Shown in pieces: positions 40,181 through 54,581 of a stretch of 64,000 bases of DNA. Numbering within the stretch: position 1 is the stretch's first letter; each line of letters starts with the position of its first letter. The notes beneath the pieces are model-generated. The model worked only from the letters and a program-made list of their open reading frames with translations, was not told the DNA's origin and searched no databases. The DNA is from Octopus bimaculoides (lineage: Eukaryota), in assembly GCF_001194135.2 (NCBI RefSeq), contig NC_068986.1, forward strand, positions 810,470 through 874,469, written 5' to 3'. Made by a program: the position numbers and the translations under genes.

Positions 40181-43100
40181 GTCAAAAGTTCCTCACTTCT
40201 GAACAATGTAGTCATTAGATTTCTGAAAATAGTAGGTAAATTTCCTTAAATCACACTGCCTTCAAATTACATTACGTCTGATTCTGTTATCTCATCTACA
40301 AAAAAGACAGACTGGTCACAACTTGACCACACAACTTTGTAGCTCAGCTCAATCAGAGCTGACCTGGTTTCCGATACGCATTGAATCTGGAAATACAACT
40401 CAACAAAATGTGGCTTAACTCAATTTTTTAAACCTCACAGTTATTTCAATTTTTTAAATTGATATTTTGAATAAAAGTGCATCTGATTTAAATTAAAAGC
40501 TCATAAATTAAACTACAGTTCAGTTTTTATTTTTTTTTAAATTTGAGAGCAAAAAGGTGTAGACAAAAGATTCAAGCAACTAAACTAATAAAGACACTTG
40601 TTTAGATATAAAAAGTCCAAACTGTAGACTAGTAACTTTAATATGACATAGGTGGTGAAAATAAGAAATCAAAAACTCACTGAGAAGATATAATAATTCA
40701 GAGATATTACAATATCAAAAATAGCTACTTTCAAATTCTCAAAGTTTAAACACTGAGGAAATTATCTAAATTTTGAAAGCAATGAGGCTTGTTCAAACTT
40801 TGAAAACACATAACATTCATTTCAAATCATCAGATCAATATACTGAAATTATTCCAAGAACATATCTTAGATATTCATTTCTAAATTTAAAAAAAGATTT
40901 TAAATAATGCATTACTTTTCACTTTTAGAAAATATAAATTACAGAGAAACAAGATTTAATTTCATAAATTCTGATAGACTTCCTAAAAATATTTAATGAC
41001 ATCTATATAATTACATTTAAAGAGGCTATTCACTAATTCCCCATAAACTTTTTTTTTTTTGACAAAGACAATAATAAATAAGTCTAACAGATTTTTTTTT
41101 TTTTTATCTACAAGCAGTAATTATACAGTATTACAGCTACTTATCCAACTGAAAAGTAATAATGAGCACATAAGTTATGGTGGCATAAACTACAACACTA
41201 TTCTACATGGAAAGAATAGAAAATATTTAGCAGTACATTACTGCTATTAGAAAATAAACGTTTCTACTTAGCACCAAGATTAAAATAAACTTGTACAAAA
41301 TCAAAGTGAAGTCTTTTAAAAGTAGGTCAATTCACAATCTAGAATATATTTTAAAATAAATATTTATGGAGTTTTAAACATGTGCACACATGCTAGCATC
41401 TCTATAATAAAAATACATGCAGCAAAATCTAAAGGTAATATATAAACAAGATGAAATAAAATTTATATTGCACCAACTGGGAATTTACAATAAATCATTG
41501 TAAATATTTGCAAGTTACCTTCAGACTCAGCAAGACTGGCAAAATGTTTGGCCCACGATGAGGGATATTCCATATGCTATCTAGAAATATATACATATAT
41601 ACATACACACACACACATCCATTCTGAGATAGTTTACACCCCCACCCCTACTTAATTACTTCTCTCAACACTTAAGAATCGTCAAGTTTAACTTAAATGT
41701 CAATCATTTTGACTCTTCAGAACAGTGATGGAATGAAACTTGAAAATGTAAGTTATCTATTCACAATGGAAATTAAAAGCTCTAAATTGGGCTCTCAACT
41801 TTAAAACACAGTAATGCAAAACATTCACAGCCCTTGCTACATTTTGATAAATATTTAAAATACATAAAAAAAGATTCTGATTATCTAGTAAAATTCTAAA
41901 ACCTATAAAAAGACATTACAATAGTGCTCAGAGGCATAAATGTCTCAATTTTTCTTGTCATGCATTTTTAATAAACTCCCTTAAGTATTTATAGGTCAAA
42001 ATTGGAAAACAATTATTACCAGTTTTTGTGGACAAAAATCTAAAATCAAAAAAATAATTCGAGAATATTTTACACGATTCTCAAAATGTCTGGATGAAAG
42101 TTTTCTAACAAATTAACCTCCTCAGTCTGCCCAATCCATTTGCTTTTATCTGTATCACAAAATTAACTACATCTTGGTCGTATTTAGGTGTCAAGAACAG
42201 AAGCATAGATATTCAGAGAGAATAACAGAACTTTCTAAAGCCAAACAAACTGGTATGTGATACAGTTACTTTACTTTCTTTTGACATACCAGCATTTTTA
42301 ACACAGCAAGGCAGTAAAAAAAAAAAAGGAGGATGTGAACTTTATCTCTGTGAAATCTATTAACATTTACATTGCCTGAGTTCTGTCTTTGTTAGGTATA
42401 AGCATGTCATAATAGCATATTGACCAAAAGGTCAACGGTTTAACAACATTGCCAGCTACAATACTCCAAATTTAAAAACTTTTCAATTAAATTCATTAAT
42501 ATTAAAAGTTTTGTTTGCTGGTTGTAAACATACCTACCCATCATGCTGGTCAACTGCTGATTAAGTAGGGGCAACAATTAATAGATAGAACATTCACCTA
42601 CACAGTGTAGATACCCTTCCATACCAGACTTCATAGTGTAAGAAATAACATCCAGATAAGGAAAGGTGTATGACCAAGAAACATATTGCCTAAACTTCAC
42701 ATGCCTGAAAAACACTTCTGGACTGCAAGATTGGAGCAATGGAGAATAAACATCAATGGAAATAATCTATGGAATCTCAGATTTGCTGAGAACATCATGT
42801 TGATAGCTAAGTCTGGAAGAGACTAAAAAGAATGAGAGAAATGATGTGTTCCAAGCAAGACCAATGCATTGAAATATGAACACGGGCACAACAAAATCAT
42901 AAATGACAAGGTGACACTGAAAGCGATTACAGTGGAGAAGAATGAAACAAGTAGAAAAATACAAATACTTAGGGAAAATAAGTATGAAAGAAATAAAGGA
43001 GATTAATGTTAGTTTGGGGCCACTTTCAACAAGCACATTGTCACTATAAAATCAAACCTCAGTCTGCCTTAAAAGAAAAAAACCTAAAACAATGTATAAC

Positions 43101-43267
43101 ACCAACAGTCATTTCCAAATCAGAAATGTGGACCTTAATAGCAGAGGCAACAAAAACAGAAAACAAAGAGGTAAGAGATGAAGATAGATAAACAATAGTC
43201 TTACCACACTATAAATAAATTTTTTTAAAAACCTGATGTAGGCAGAAAATATTTGTAAAGTGACAAA

Positions 43268-43428
43268 CATCATCATCATCATCATCATTTAACATCTGCT
43301 TTCCAAGCTAGCATGGGTTGGATGATTTGACTGAGGACTGGTGAACCAGATGGCTACACCAGGCTCCAATCTGATTTGGCAGAGTTTCTACAGCTGGATG
43401 CCCTTCCTAACGCCAACCACTCAGAGAG
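43268..43428 (-). mobile_element. 5'-truncated SINE copy with (GAT)n tail
   Basis: (CAT)7-ttaacatctgctttccaagctagcatgggttgg...aaccactcagagag. Confidence 0.9.
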
Positions 43429-45451
43429 TTAAAATCATTATGGGGTGGTGGTGACTCATAATAGGGGAAAGAAAACATGAAAGAAATAACAAGATAAGAT
43501 CAACAAATACTGGACAACAATCGACTAGCAACATCAAACATGAGACCAAAAGGACTGACTGAGCAAATAGTGTCAATGACAGTTAAATATCAACAAAAGT
43601 ATGAACAAGAGAATGTAAGCTTTTTTTTTTTAATGAAAAACATTTTAGACTAACAAATATTTTTCCCTAAATTTATCAGTATTAAAAAAAATAATACTAT
43701 CTTTGCTCTTTGCCAGTTTTCAAATGATATCTTCAAAATTACTTAGTAGCAAACTATCATACTATATAATACAAGATTATTACTCATACAAAAAAGAAAA
43801 ACAAAACCCACGATACAATTTAATCTACTCTGGGTTTCCACCTACCTATTTCATAGACATAGATCTAAAAATCAAACTCATTTATGCGATATATTTCCTT
43901 TGCTTCTCAGATTACGAGTCTGAGTGATCTGAATTTTCTTTAATGTAAGAAAACCAGATCAAAAGAAGAGCATTAAGAACATTTGTAAACTCTTTAAAAA
44001 CAAAATCAGAGGAAATTTTAATACATTAAAAGGAGAAAAAGAACAGCAAACATTTAATTTACCAAAATTAATTAGCTGTTTCTACACTTAGTTTCATTAT
44101 TTCAATCTATTTGTGAGGCAGTTAATTTAATGAAGATAAACCAGTGCTGTAGCTAGATGTTTAACTGCTATAGAAATTGTTTCCACAAGTGTAGCTTGAT
44201 AAACTAGAGTAGGTAAACTGATAAAGTAATTTAGAAGCTCATAGTTGTAACCTTGAATCTTAGTAAAGTTGACACGTTGCATTCATACCGGCTGCCAGGA
44301 AACCAATACTCAGCACATGAAGAGTTTTCTGCTTACGGGTTGTCCCAAATGTTTTATCCTAGCATTGACCAACTGCACAAATGCTGATGGAAGCCACACA
44401 ACCAAATGTTGCAAGATGCAATTACAACAATGAAATTTAACTAAATTCACTGATCCTGTTTTAAGTTACAAGAGTATTAATTAGCCATGTATATGTGATT
44501 TTAATTGGCTTTTATAGAGAGAACGTGATTTTTTTTTTTTTTGTATAAAAACTGTAAAGCAACATTTGTTTGCAAGATAGTTTTCACTCATTTTTACATT
44601 TTTATCCTCATGAGAAAAGGGCAGAGAACAGAAAACTTGATGGGGTCTTATTGGAGTGGGTGAGGTGAGTACAGTTAGCCTTTAGCTTAAATTTATACTT
44701 CAACAAAATGTCAAAACTACACAACAAGCTATGAACTAACAGAACCAATGAAACTAAGATATGCAATATACAATACACATTACTGATTGCATGGTAAAAT
44801 ACAAGTAAAATAGATGTATGGCCATTTGTAAATGATATGCAAAAAGACAAAGTTAATAGAACAAAAAAAAAATGAAAAAATATATAAAGCATCAATATTG
44901 GTTTGCTTATTTATCTTCAAAGTCTGTACATGCATACAAACAGTCCTGCCTCCTAAAAAAAAAAGCTGGATTTTATAAAGTAGCTCTAATATATATGATA
45001 GACAGAAACTTCAATATCTAAACTCAAAGTTTGGATAACTTCAGCTTCTATTATTCAATTAAATTTAAATAACTATTGCTTACTAATTATGAGAATGATC
45101 GATCAGCTGAATAGTGAAGATTAATTCTTAACTACAAAGTATCAGATAATTTTAAGAAATAGGAAGCGACATGAAATTACGAAACTTTTTAACAATTAAA
45201 GAATTATAACTTGTCTCATATAATCTTTTACATGAACAGATTTAATAGGTCACAATGGCTGTGTCCTCTGTAGTTACTGAGAACAATTTTTTTCTAACAA
45301 AGATTGGCAAATGATACTAGTTCTAGTGTGTAGAAAAGTCTAAGATATTGGTAAATCCACTGAGAAACGTAATCTAAATTGACTGATCGTTTCCATTTCA
45401 GAAATACTAGACACTTCTTTTGTGTATTTTATACATAATACTTTTCTTCAT

Positions 45452-45790
45452 GTGAAGGCACATGGCTCAGTGGTTAGAGCGTCGAACTTACAATCGTGAG
45501 GTTGTGAGTTCGATTCCCAGACCGGGCTGCGTGTTGTGTTCTTGAGCAAGACACTTTATTTCACGTTGCTCCAGTTCACTCAGCTGTAGAAATGAGTTGC
45601 GACGTCACAGGCGCCAAGCTATATCAGCCTTTGCCTTTCCCTTGGATAACATTGGTGGCATGGAAAGGAGAGGCTGGTATGCATGAGCGACTGCTGGTTT
45701 TCCATAAACAAACCTTGCCCGGACTTGTGCCTCGGAGGGTAACTTTCTAGGTGCAATCCCATGGTCAGTCATGACCAAAGGGGGTCTCCG
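45452..45790 (+). mobile_element. Young full-length tRNA-derived CORE-like SINE with intact Pol III boxes and TSD
   Basis: A box TGGCTCAGTGG 45463-45473; B box AGTTCGATTCC 45507-45517; CORE-like cttgagcaagacactt 45541-45556; flanking acttttctt(c/t)at at 45440-45451 and 45791-45802. Confidence 0.9.
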
Positions 45791-48700
45791 ACTTTTCTTT
45801 ATATCCTTCTCCAGGAGCTCAATTAGCAATTTGAATCTACAACAAGCTTATGAAATACCTATCCATTTGTAGAGAGCTATGACTAAATATGTATTTAAAT
45901 CTGCAAAGAAGACGAGAGGGGAGAACCTCAGGGGAGCATCCTGCATACTAAATACACGAGCTGTTGGTTGACCTTTTGATTGGCACATTAACTGGCTCCA
46001 GTATTTGCTTCACAAATTTACACAAATACTTCATAAAATTCCAACTTTCCTGAGGAACAGGAGGAATTAAGACATTTTTCATGGATTCCGAAATTTTTTA
46101 AAAATGCAATTTTATATAGAAAACTTGGTATTCAAACTTATTTCTATCATGAAGTCTTATGCATGGTTTCAAAACAATTGTTTAGTACAGATAATTATTC
46201 AACAATCTAAAATGATTTTATATACACACACACACACTCTCCACCTTACATTCACATTTCTAAGATACAATCAAATTCCTTAAACTCTTCCATTAGTAAC
46301 TCTTATTCAAAGAAAGCAAATTAGCTTTCAGAAAAGCTTCAGATTTAACATTGCTCATTTGTTTATTTCAACTAAATGGTAAGGCAAATGACAATTGCAG
46401 AATATAACTGACAATAATCTCAGCTGTACATACATCTGTGAATATAAACCAAATTCAATACAAGAAACAAATATACATTTAACCCATCATAATCTGTAAT
46501 GACATGCAACAATTAAAGTGACTATACAGACCTATACTAAATATAAGAGATATTGTAAATGAAAGTCGAGAGTGATGCATAAATCTTATACAAACACAAA
46601 ATTGCATTTATGCAACTACGGAATAAGAAACAACACATGTGAAGGGGCTTCAACTGAGAATCAAAACTAGCTTTGAACAAGCAGCTAATTTCTACTGCTG
46701 CTGTACAATCTAAGACCTAAATCAATCTTATAGCTACACTTGGAAAGTCCCTATTCAGAGCACAGATCTAGATAAGACTTATTAAAGACTGGCAGCAATT
46801 GCCTATACAGCAAGCCCTCTGCTGATGTTGTTCAAGGGAACAAACACAAGGGCTGATAGAGCTCGGCATCAGTGTCATCACATGTAAAATAAGAACAAAA
46901 GCTGGAACAAATACCACAAGGCATTTCATCCCATTCTGAAAATCCAACATCCTGAGCTGGTACTCTATTTCATGAAGCACAGAATGTAAAGCATGAACAA
47001 ATAACCACAAAAGAAATTGCCCAATACTCTAATGATTCTGCCTGATCCACCACTGTCTTACAACAAATGTAAATATATACAAAAGGAGAAATGGACCGAA
47101 TCCTAATTTTATCTGCTGCTGCTGGCAAGTACTGACTTGCTAGTGGCAGCACTTTTTAAGTATCTAACATTGGGTTTCCTCAAAGGGAGATAGGAAAAAA
47201 TGCAATCATTTATTTACGTAAGGATTTTGTCTGAGGTTTGCAACAATAAAAAGCATTCTTTTTCTGTGGGTCAAAGGTTGGAGTGTGCTGCTAAACAACT
47301 CCATGCCAATCAATCAGGTGGCCTTTATTTCGATGCCAGTTAGAATGTTTCGCGTAGAGGAGCCTGTGACCATAGCCCTTGCAGGCCGTCTCAGGCTGAA
47401 GAGATTGATGCCATTATCTTGAACAGCTTCATGTCAATGGCAACAGAAAAAAATACTGTCCCATATGTGAGAGCAGTGTTCCTTTGTAAGCCTCACTTGA
47501 ACTTTGTATTTGTAGTAATCTAAGGAATATCATTCAAATGAATTTTAATTTAAGCAATCAAAGAAACTTCAATTCCTCTTCTCTAAAATAAAAATGAACA
47601 CAATTCTACAGCTGAAGACGTTTGCAAAAGTTGAAGATGTTTGGTAATGTGCTTCATAGTTTTTGATTAATTCTACAAGCTGTCTACAAAGTTGTCCTCG
47701 ACTATGTTTACCATGACATCTTGATAATTATATCAATGATTTGTCACATGTAGATGTGAATACCCAGCAAAAGAATATGCTTGACCATGACTAAACATCC
47801 CACTGTAAAAATAAAAACAAAAACCCTTATCCAAAGTAGCATCATTTTTGCCACACTAGCATGCCATTTCATTTATTTTACATTTTCCCCAAATATATGA
47901 ACAGCTAAGCATAAAAAAGCAAGTACTCTTATTCAATCCAATGATGTTAGACATACAATCAGAAAATGTAAAGAATTCCAGAGAAAAAGAAAATTAGAAT
48001 AATTCATAGCTACAAGAGACATCATTTGCTAATTTACAAGATATATTCCACAAAGTTGAAAATGTGCAGCTAATCTAGTTAATTTAAATTTATTTTGTAG
48101 ATTGAAGACCTAGCCTACTTCAAATTACCAAAGTTATTCTTTGGGAACAATTTCTCTGACAATGATTCTAGTGGTTGAACATATTAGTGTATGTGAACTA
48201 GTGGAGTAGACTACCTTCACATTGCTTCTAAATCATCAGACTTCAGACAATAGCTATGTTTGACTACAAAATAGGTATTAATAACCTCAGGCACTACTCT
48301 ACTTATCTGTATTAGACTTGTTATATTCCTTTCTAGTTAACACAGTAAACCACTTATTCAGTCAAGAAATCAAATAGCATTTGAAATCTTCAAGTGCACA
48401 GTTAAATCTTTACCTACTTAATATAACCTGAAATTTTTCAAGTTACCTTAGGGGAAAATGATATTGTAGTAGATATCTTTTAGTATTTAGATTCAAACTC
48501 AGAAAGAGGGGTGCCTAAAGAGTCTTGTGTGGTTTATCTTCTTTAGACAGAGGTCAACCCTGATTAAACAGACCTATGTTTAGAGCAGCTCTAACCATGA
48601 CAATCATCTTTATTTCAGACATAGAACATGTAAAAACTACATCATTCACTGTCCTTTTTTCACAGACGTATTTGACTATCTTTAGCAGACCATGTGGTTA

Positions 48701-50106
48701 TGTAAGGCTTTCTCTGTGCGTCCAACTGGCCCTTTATGCCAAGAAAGTTATGTTTAGATTTTATTTTCATTGTGGATTAGAATGGAGCAGGTTTCACCAT
48801 ACTATCCCATGCTGATTAATATTAATCCTGAAAATTTTATCCAATTTCACTTTTTTTGTTCAATAAGTAACCAATGATCAAACCAGCAATCGTATTTCCA
48901 TCTCTTAACTGCTTTATGGCAATGTTTTCCAGGTCCCAAATACAAACTAAATATATTGGAGCCATTTCACATTGCTATTTGTAGATATAGGCACAATATT
49001 GCAATGTTGATATGGAATTTTTGAGCTGTGGAGTTACAGGGAGTCAGTAGATTTGATTAGAAGATTATTTAAGCCAAATACTTCTAATCCAAGTTAAAAA
49101 AAAAACAAAAAAACCCTAGCTCATATGAACAAAGTAAATAAAAATGAACACAATTATGAAAATTCAGAAACAAATTCTTTTGCTATTAAACCCAAGCTTG
49201 CAACTCTAAATTTTAAAAACCTAATTAATCACTGATGAAGTAAAAACATTAGATTCTACTCAAACATTCACACTATTTCCTACTGAAATCAAGATTTAAC
49301 ACATCAGTTGGTCACTTTAAATCTCAAATCAAACAGAAACTTCAATCTTCATACTGTAGCAATTCTCACCTCTAATATATTGGACAAAATCCAAGTTACC
49401 ACTTGCATCAAAGACCTTTGAGACTGATTGTAGTTGCTATATAGTTTTTACTGTTTATTACATAAATTTGGTAGTAATACCAACAAAATTCTCCGTTTCA
49501 TTGTTTTAAAACTAAACCAAACTTTAAAGTAACAAGTTTTAGCCAGGATTTCTCAACTATTCAACTAACATATACCGCTCATCCCACCAGTTCTTTTGGA
49601 CAATTAAAAGATTAAAATGTTCATTATCTCTTCATTTTTATTACTAAATAGAAGCCTGAACTGTTTTTCTATAATATATTACAAAAAGAAATGGAACAAT
49701 GATATTAGAAAGCAACCTGATGTTTTAACATGAATTCATTAAAGCCAAACTTTGACCTGTGACAATTGGTATGCAAACTCTCAACACTAATGTCCTTCTT
49801 CCTAAGACTTCTATAAAATTTATTTTTCTCTTAACTAGTAGACTGAACAGTATTGAATATCTTTTTAGAAAAGAGTAGAGGAAAAGTGGATTGTAAAGAA
49901 CACTGGCTAGTTGAAACAACGCTATTAATTGGGATGTGATCAATATAGATGTCAGTTTTATTATTATTATTCACATGAAAGATCAAACTTAGATAATGAG
50001 TCAATGTTGAAGAGGTAACAATGCTGAAATATGGTAGAAATGTTATCAGCTGAACAAACATTTTAATTAGATAGTAGACACATCAATCCAACATCATAAG
50101 CAAGCA

Positions 50107-50109
<3 letters not shown>

Positions 50110-50144
<35 letters not shown>

Positions 50145-50650
50145 GAACTGGAAGAAGGGACTGTGCCCATGGCATTTTCAGGCCCATCCCAAACCCTCCA
50201 ACTGATGCTGTCAGGAGTCTACTTACACTTTTGCAAATTGATGACTGCGAGAAAGGTATGTGAGCAAAAAAGAATTTCAGAAGGCTAACATTTTGAGTGC
50301 AATGTTTAGTGCAGGGCTTGAGGAAGGGGTAATTTTACATGATACAGGTTATAGGAGAAGAGTAAGATGGAAGTGCCAGAGTGAAGCTGTGAGAAGTTAG
50401 TCACGGTAGGAGCTGAATACAGGGCAAAGAGAGGAGAGAGAGAGAGAGAGAGCAGATCTGTAGATTAGTGGTTGGAGGGTGTTTGTGAGTGACATACTAA
50501 TCAGTCAAATGATCCTTCTCGGGATGAAACCTAGAATGCCTGTATGTGTGTGTGTGTAGCAGTGGACCATCCACAATGTGGGTTTTACTTGATCATTACA
50601 AAGGATTAGATGATGTTGGGAGATGAAGTATCTTCTGTCTCTGAAAAGAA
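50110..50650 (-). mobile_element. CR1/Jockey-group LINE 3' end with 31-nt poly(A)
   Basis: T31 at 50110-50140 abuts ggaagaagggactgtgccc, the same terminus as 3399-3420. Confidence 0.55.
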
Positions 50651-50869
50651 AAGCTAGTCTTTGCTAAGTTCAGGATGTGTGTTCACCAAGAGAATCTTAA
50701 TGATAATGAAGCATAGTATTTGAAGTGATTCTAAAAGCTCTAGATGCATGTTGTATGCTTAAGGGAGGAAAGTGCAACAATGTTTTTTACATGTGTTACA
50801 ATAGTGTCTTTTTTGTTGTTGGTTAAGAACTCATTAGCAAACCAAGCAAACCCTGCAAATACAGCTTGG

Positions 50870-51125
50870 GAAACACCCTGAAATACTTCCATAGTCGTAC
50901 TCAACAGAACCTCAACATTCAAATTTTATCTGGAAAACACTACACAAAAATTAAGAAGCTAGCTGGAATGTCTGGGGCAGCATTTTAAACTGTGCTGTGA
51001 ACATCCACTATAGCTTTATGTTAGAGTAAGACAGAGCACATTATGTTGTTCTGTCTGGTCACTTCCATCTCAGAACTGAACAATGCAATAAAGCTGGTGT
51101 AGTGTATATCAACTGGATCACAAAT
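50870..51125 (+). mobile_element. Ingi/Vingi-like RT C-terminal remnant
   Basis: VLNRTSTFKFYLENTTQK, then IKKLAG-SGA, TSTIALC and ELNNAI. These resemble the LDRTLTF..HL / KLAG..WGA / RTSALAL.YS.AEY pattern, recalled from Vingi-type elements. In-frame stops. Confidence 0.5.
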
Positions 51126-51559
51126 TTAATAATGGAGGTGTGAGAGAGACCATATGAAACGACAAATCACTGGAGGATGTTTTTTGGTCTATTCATGGAG
51201 TTGATAAGATGTCTAGGTTGCATGTGGATGATACTTGGATGCAGAAAGTCAGGAAAGTACAAAGAGCCTATCATCAACATAGGAGAGACCTTGTTGGTCA
51301 GTATGTCTGATATATAGGGAGAGTGATATAGCAAAAAAAAAAAAATTGGCCTATACCAATGTTGATAGAGATTCATCAGTACAGTCAGCACAACAATACA
51401 ATCTGACAAGAAGCCACTAGGAGGCCCAGCTCAGATAATGTATAGAGTCAACAACTATTGAAGAGGTTGCAAGAAGCAACAAAAATTTTAGAAAAAAGTA
51501 AATGAGTGGAAATCAAACTGGTGAGTGTGTTAATAAGACACTAAAACAGAATGACTCTC

Positions 51560-52330
51560 CCCAGATAATAAAATATTTCAGTAGAATTATGCACAAACCA
51601 TCTGAGTTGAACTGTGAGTTTTGTTATGTACAGGATGTAGAAGAACACAATGAGGATGGTTTTTGATAGGTCAAGAGTGATGTTCATGAACTGCCAGGGA
51701 TAGGATAGAACTGGTGAAGGAAGCTTTGACCAATTAGCTGATGTAGTGAGTGTCCAAAGTTAGGGAGGTGATGTAGTGAGTGTATGGTTGAGATTTGGCT
51801 CTTGTCAGATGAAGGTAGCAGAAGAATAAATGGTGACTGTTTGGCACAACAAAAGTGATCAAAGACGTTTGGAATGTCTGTGTGGTAAGTTTGTAGGGAA
51901 AGAGACTAATCGATGTAGAGGGTTAAGGTTGTAACACATTTGGTTTCTGCACTGACAACATCAGTATAGGATGAGTGTCAGAGCCAATTAAGAGGTGCAA
52001 GGATTTAAGTCATTAAGGGCAATGACTTCAGAAAGGGACATGGCTGAAGATTTGTTGGTGATGCAATAAGTTCAGAAAGTGGTAATCGAAGTAGATGTAT
52101 TTGAAATAGCAGGGAAGGGAAACTTCGAACCAGAGTAACTGGAGGTATTTGTTATTGACATCCAGGTGAGTTAAGTCAGTGGCAGTGATAGTGGAATCTT
52201 CGTGAGAATGCACAAAGAAACACCTTTCAGAGTAAAGTTGAAGTAGAGAATGTAATCCAGACAGCAGAAATTGATTATAGATAAGGGTTACGAGATATGT
52301 GCCTCAGAGGACGATAGGACGCGTGTGGTT
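51560..52330 (-). mobile_element. AP-endonuclease remnant of a CR1/Jockey-group LINE
   Basis: FVHSHEDS...LQLLWFEVSL...SEVIALNDLN (cf. I.LGDFN); purine-rich plus strand like 4100-4860. Confidence 0.5.
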
Positions 52331-54506
52331 TTTCATATTGTAGGAAAGAGCAATCTATATACTAACCCATTTTATCACTACAGAAAAACGCACTCCTCCC
52401 CTTTTAAAATCAGTCAAACAAGGATCTGAACACAGACCTTAAACCAGAAACTTAATTCAAAACAATTTTATTTTTAACATTTCATCCTTAAATAATCAAG
52501 AAAGGAGACCCTATGCGTTAGAAATAACTGTCAAATTTCCATCAAATCACACAAATACTGTCTTTAAAAAAAAGGACAGACAATATAATCCTAGAAACAC
52601 AAAGAAGGATGAGTTATTGTAGAAACGCTTCCGATCCGAATCTGCTCAATCAGAGCAAGTATGGGGTTAAACAACCGTTGACCTTTTTGAAATTCCCTAA
52701 GCGTGTGGATCCATTTGTGAAAACGAAATTTCAGGATTTATAAACCACCATGTTATATATTACAAGAAAATGCTGTTTATTCCTCTTGTTAATTATTCAA
52801 CATTTAATCCACGTTAGAATTTTGTTCGATAATCCTGCAACTTGTGGAAGTTTCTATTTAATTTCTTGAGCATTACAGTATTGATTCGATTAACATATTA
52901 TTCATAATAAACATGTGACTATCATATTTATACGAACTTCTCGACGAATCACTTTAGAAAATTGACTCATTTTACAGCAATCTACCGACAATTTTGACTT
53001 CCAAAGAACAAGATCAAAGCTCACAACATAACGATATTTGAAGTTTCAAACAATGGCAGCTCAAAATGGACTTTGAAGCCTTTTGACAAGTAGAGGGCAA
53101 AGAAAGAGATCGATCGGGATGAGAAGCATTCGTTCTTTTACTAACCTACGCCGAAGATCTAAAATTGAAAGAAATATAAGAAACTATGGAGTAGATTTCG
53201 AAGTTGTGTAGGTCTTGTAATTACTGAATGTTCTAAATTTATATTAGATGTTAATTGGCCATGGATTTGAGGACGGTAGTGATTAAAGGGTACAGGGTAA
53301 GTACTATGTAGTTCCTGATACAAGAGACTCCCTGACTTTTCCATTACATGACAACTGGTCGTTAAAACTTAATTGAGAGCAAACAGTTCGAGAAAAACTG
53401 GAATAGTTCCTACAAGTTGGTACAGGTTGTGTCGTTGTGTCATTCAGGTAAGGGCGAACAACAAATCTGTAGAGTGTATTACGTTTCAAGTATGACATAA
53501 ATTTAAGTTTCAAGAAATAGTTAATAACCTGGCGAAAGACATTTGTTTTAGATTTAAGAAAAGACTGTTTTTACTAAAAGTCTTTGTTTAACCTATAAAC
53601 ATCCGGCAATGGAAAGCAGTTTACTTTATTTTTACACCTCCCCACACACACATACAATTTACATTGTTCCACTTTTGAAAGGGCGGCAAATAGTACCAAA
53701 AGTAAATTTTATATAACTATCTAGATGGGGGGAAATAAAGAATTTAAACATCGGTTTAGACGATTACATATTCACAAATTAATGTTTCTGAATTGTAACT
53801 GAAAAACTACAAGGAAAAAAATGAAATGTGGTGTGTGTATATAAATAAATATATACGTATGTAGGTAGATGTATGCGTATGTCTGAGTCTGAAAGAGAGC
53901 ACATGAGAATGTGTAAAGGGAGTTAATTAGGTAGGTGCAATGAAGGTAAGCTATCTTTAGAACTCGTTTCCTCTCTCCTCAGCTCGATGTCTTATTCTCT
54001 CGGTGCAGTCAAAGATATGGGGGGGGGGGCAAATATACCAGTCATATTTACTCCAAACAGCAAATCAATATATATAACACCTTGAGTTAGATTATGGGAA
54101 TATAAAATAAATAGGAGAAACAATGAGATATTGTAAGGGGCTAAAAATAAGATTATTATTTTTTTTTTTCAAATTAAGAAAATGGTATACAAGTTTGAAA
54201 CGACTTTCTCACCTTATTCCACAAGATTCTACTCCTGATGGTGTCTGCATATACAAACAACAATCAGATACCGACAACAGGATGCTGCTTGCTCCTCCTC
54301 TTACTTAAAAGTGACGAATCAGTTTTTTAACGTTTCCACTTTATTTATTGTATATTTAGAAACTGAAGCAAGTTTTTGTTTACTTTTTTTTTAAATATTA
54401 ATCTGTTATCACCTGAAATATATTTAAAATATCTTTAGAAGTCATTCCACTTAAGGTGGCATTTACATTATTTATCCTCCATGTCACTTTTTCTAGCAAA
54501 TGCCAT

Positions 54507-54542
54507 TATATATATATATATATATATATACATATATCTATA

Positions 54543-54580
<38 letters not shown>
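54507..54580. repeat. Interrupted (TA)n microsatellite
   Basis: Direct reading. Confidence 0.95.

Positions 54581-54581
<1 letters not shown>

Noticed and set aside
4870-43428. All four youngest (GAT)n-tailed SINE copies lie on the gene's sense strand
   Set aside because: Four copies are too few to show bias, and older copies of the same tail occur on the other strand.
45455-45530. Possible tRNA gene (also 21715-21787)
   Set aside because: A and B boxes are present, but the acceptor stem does not close and the sequence continues into a SINE body with TSDs.
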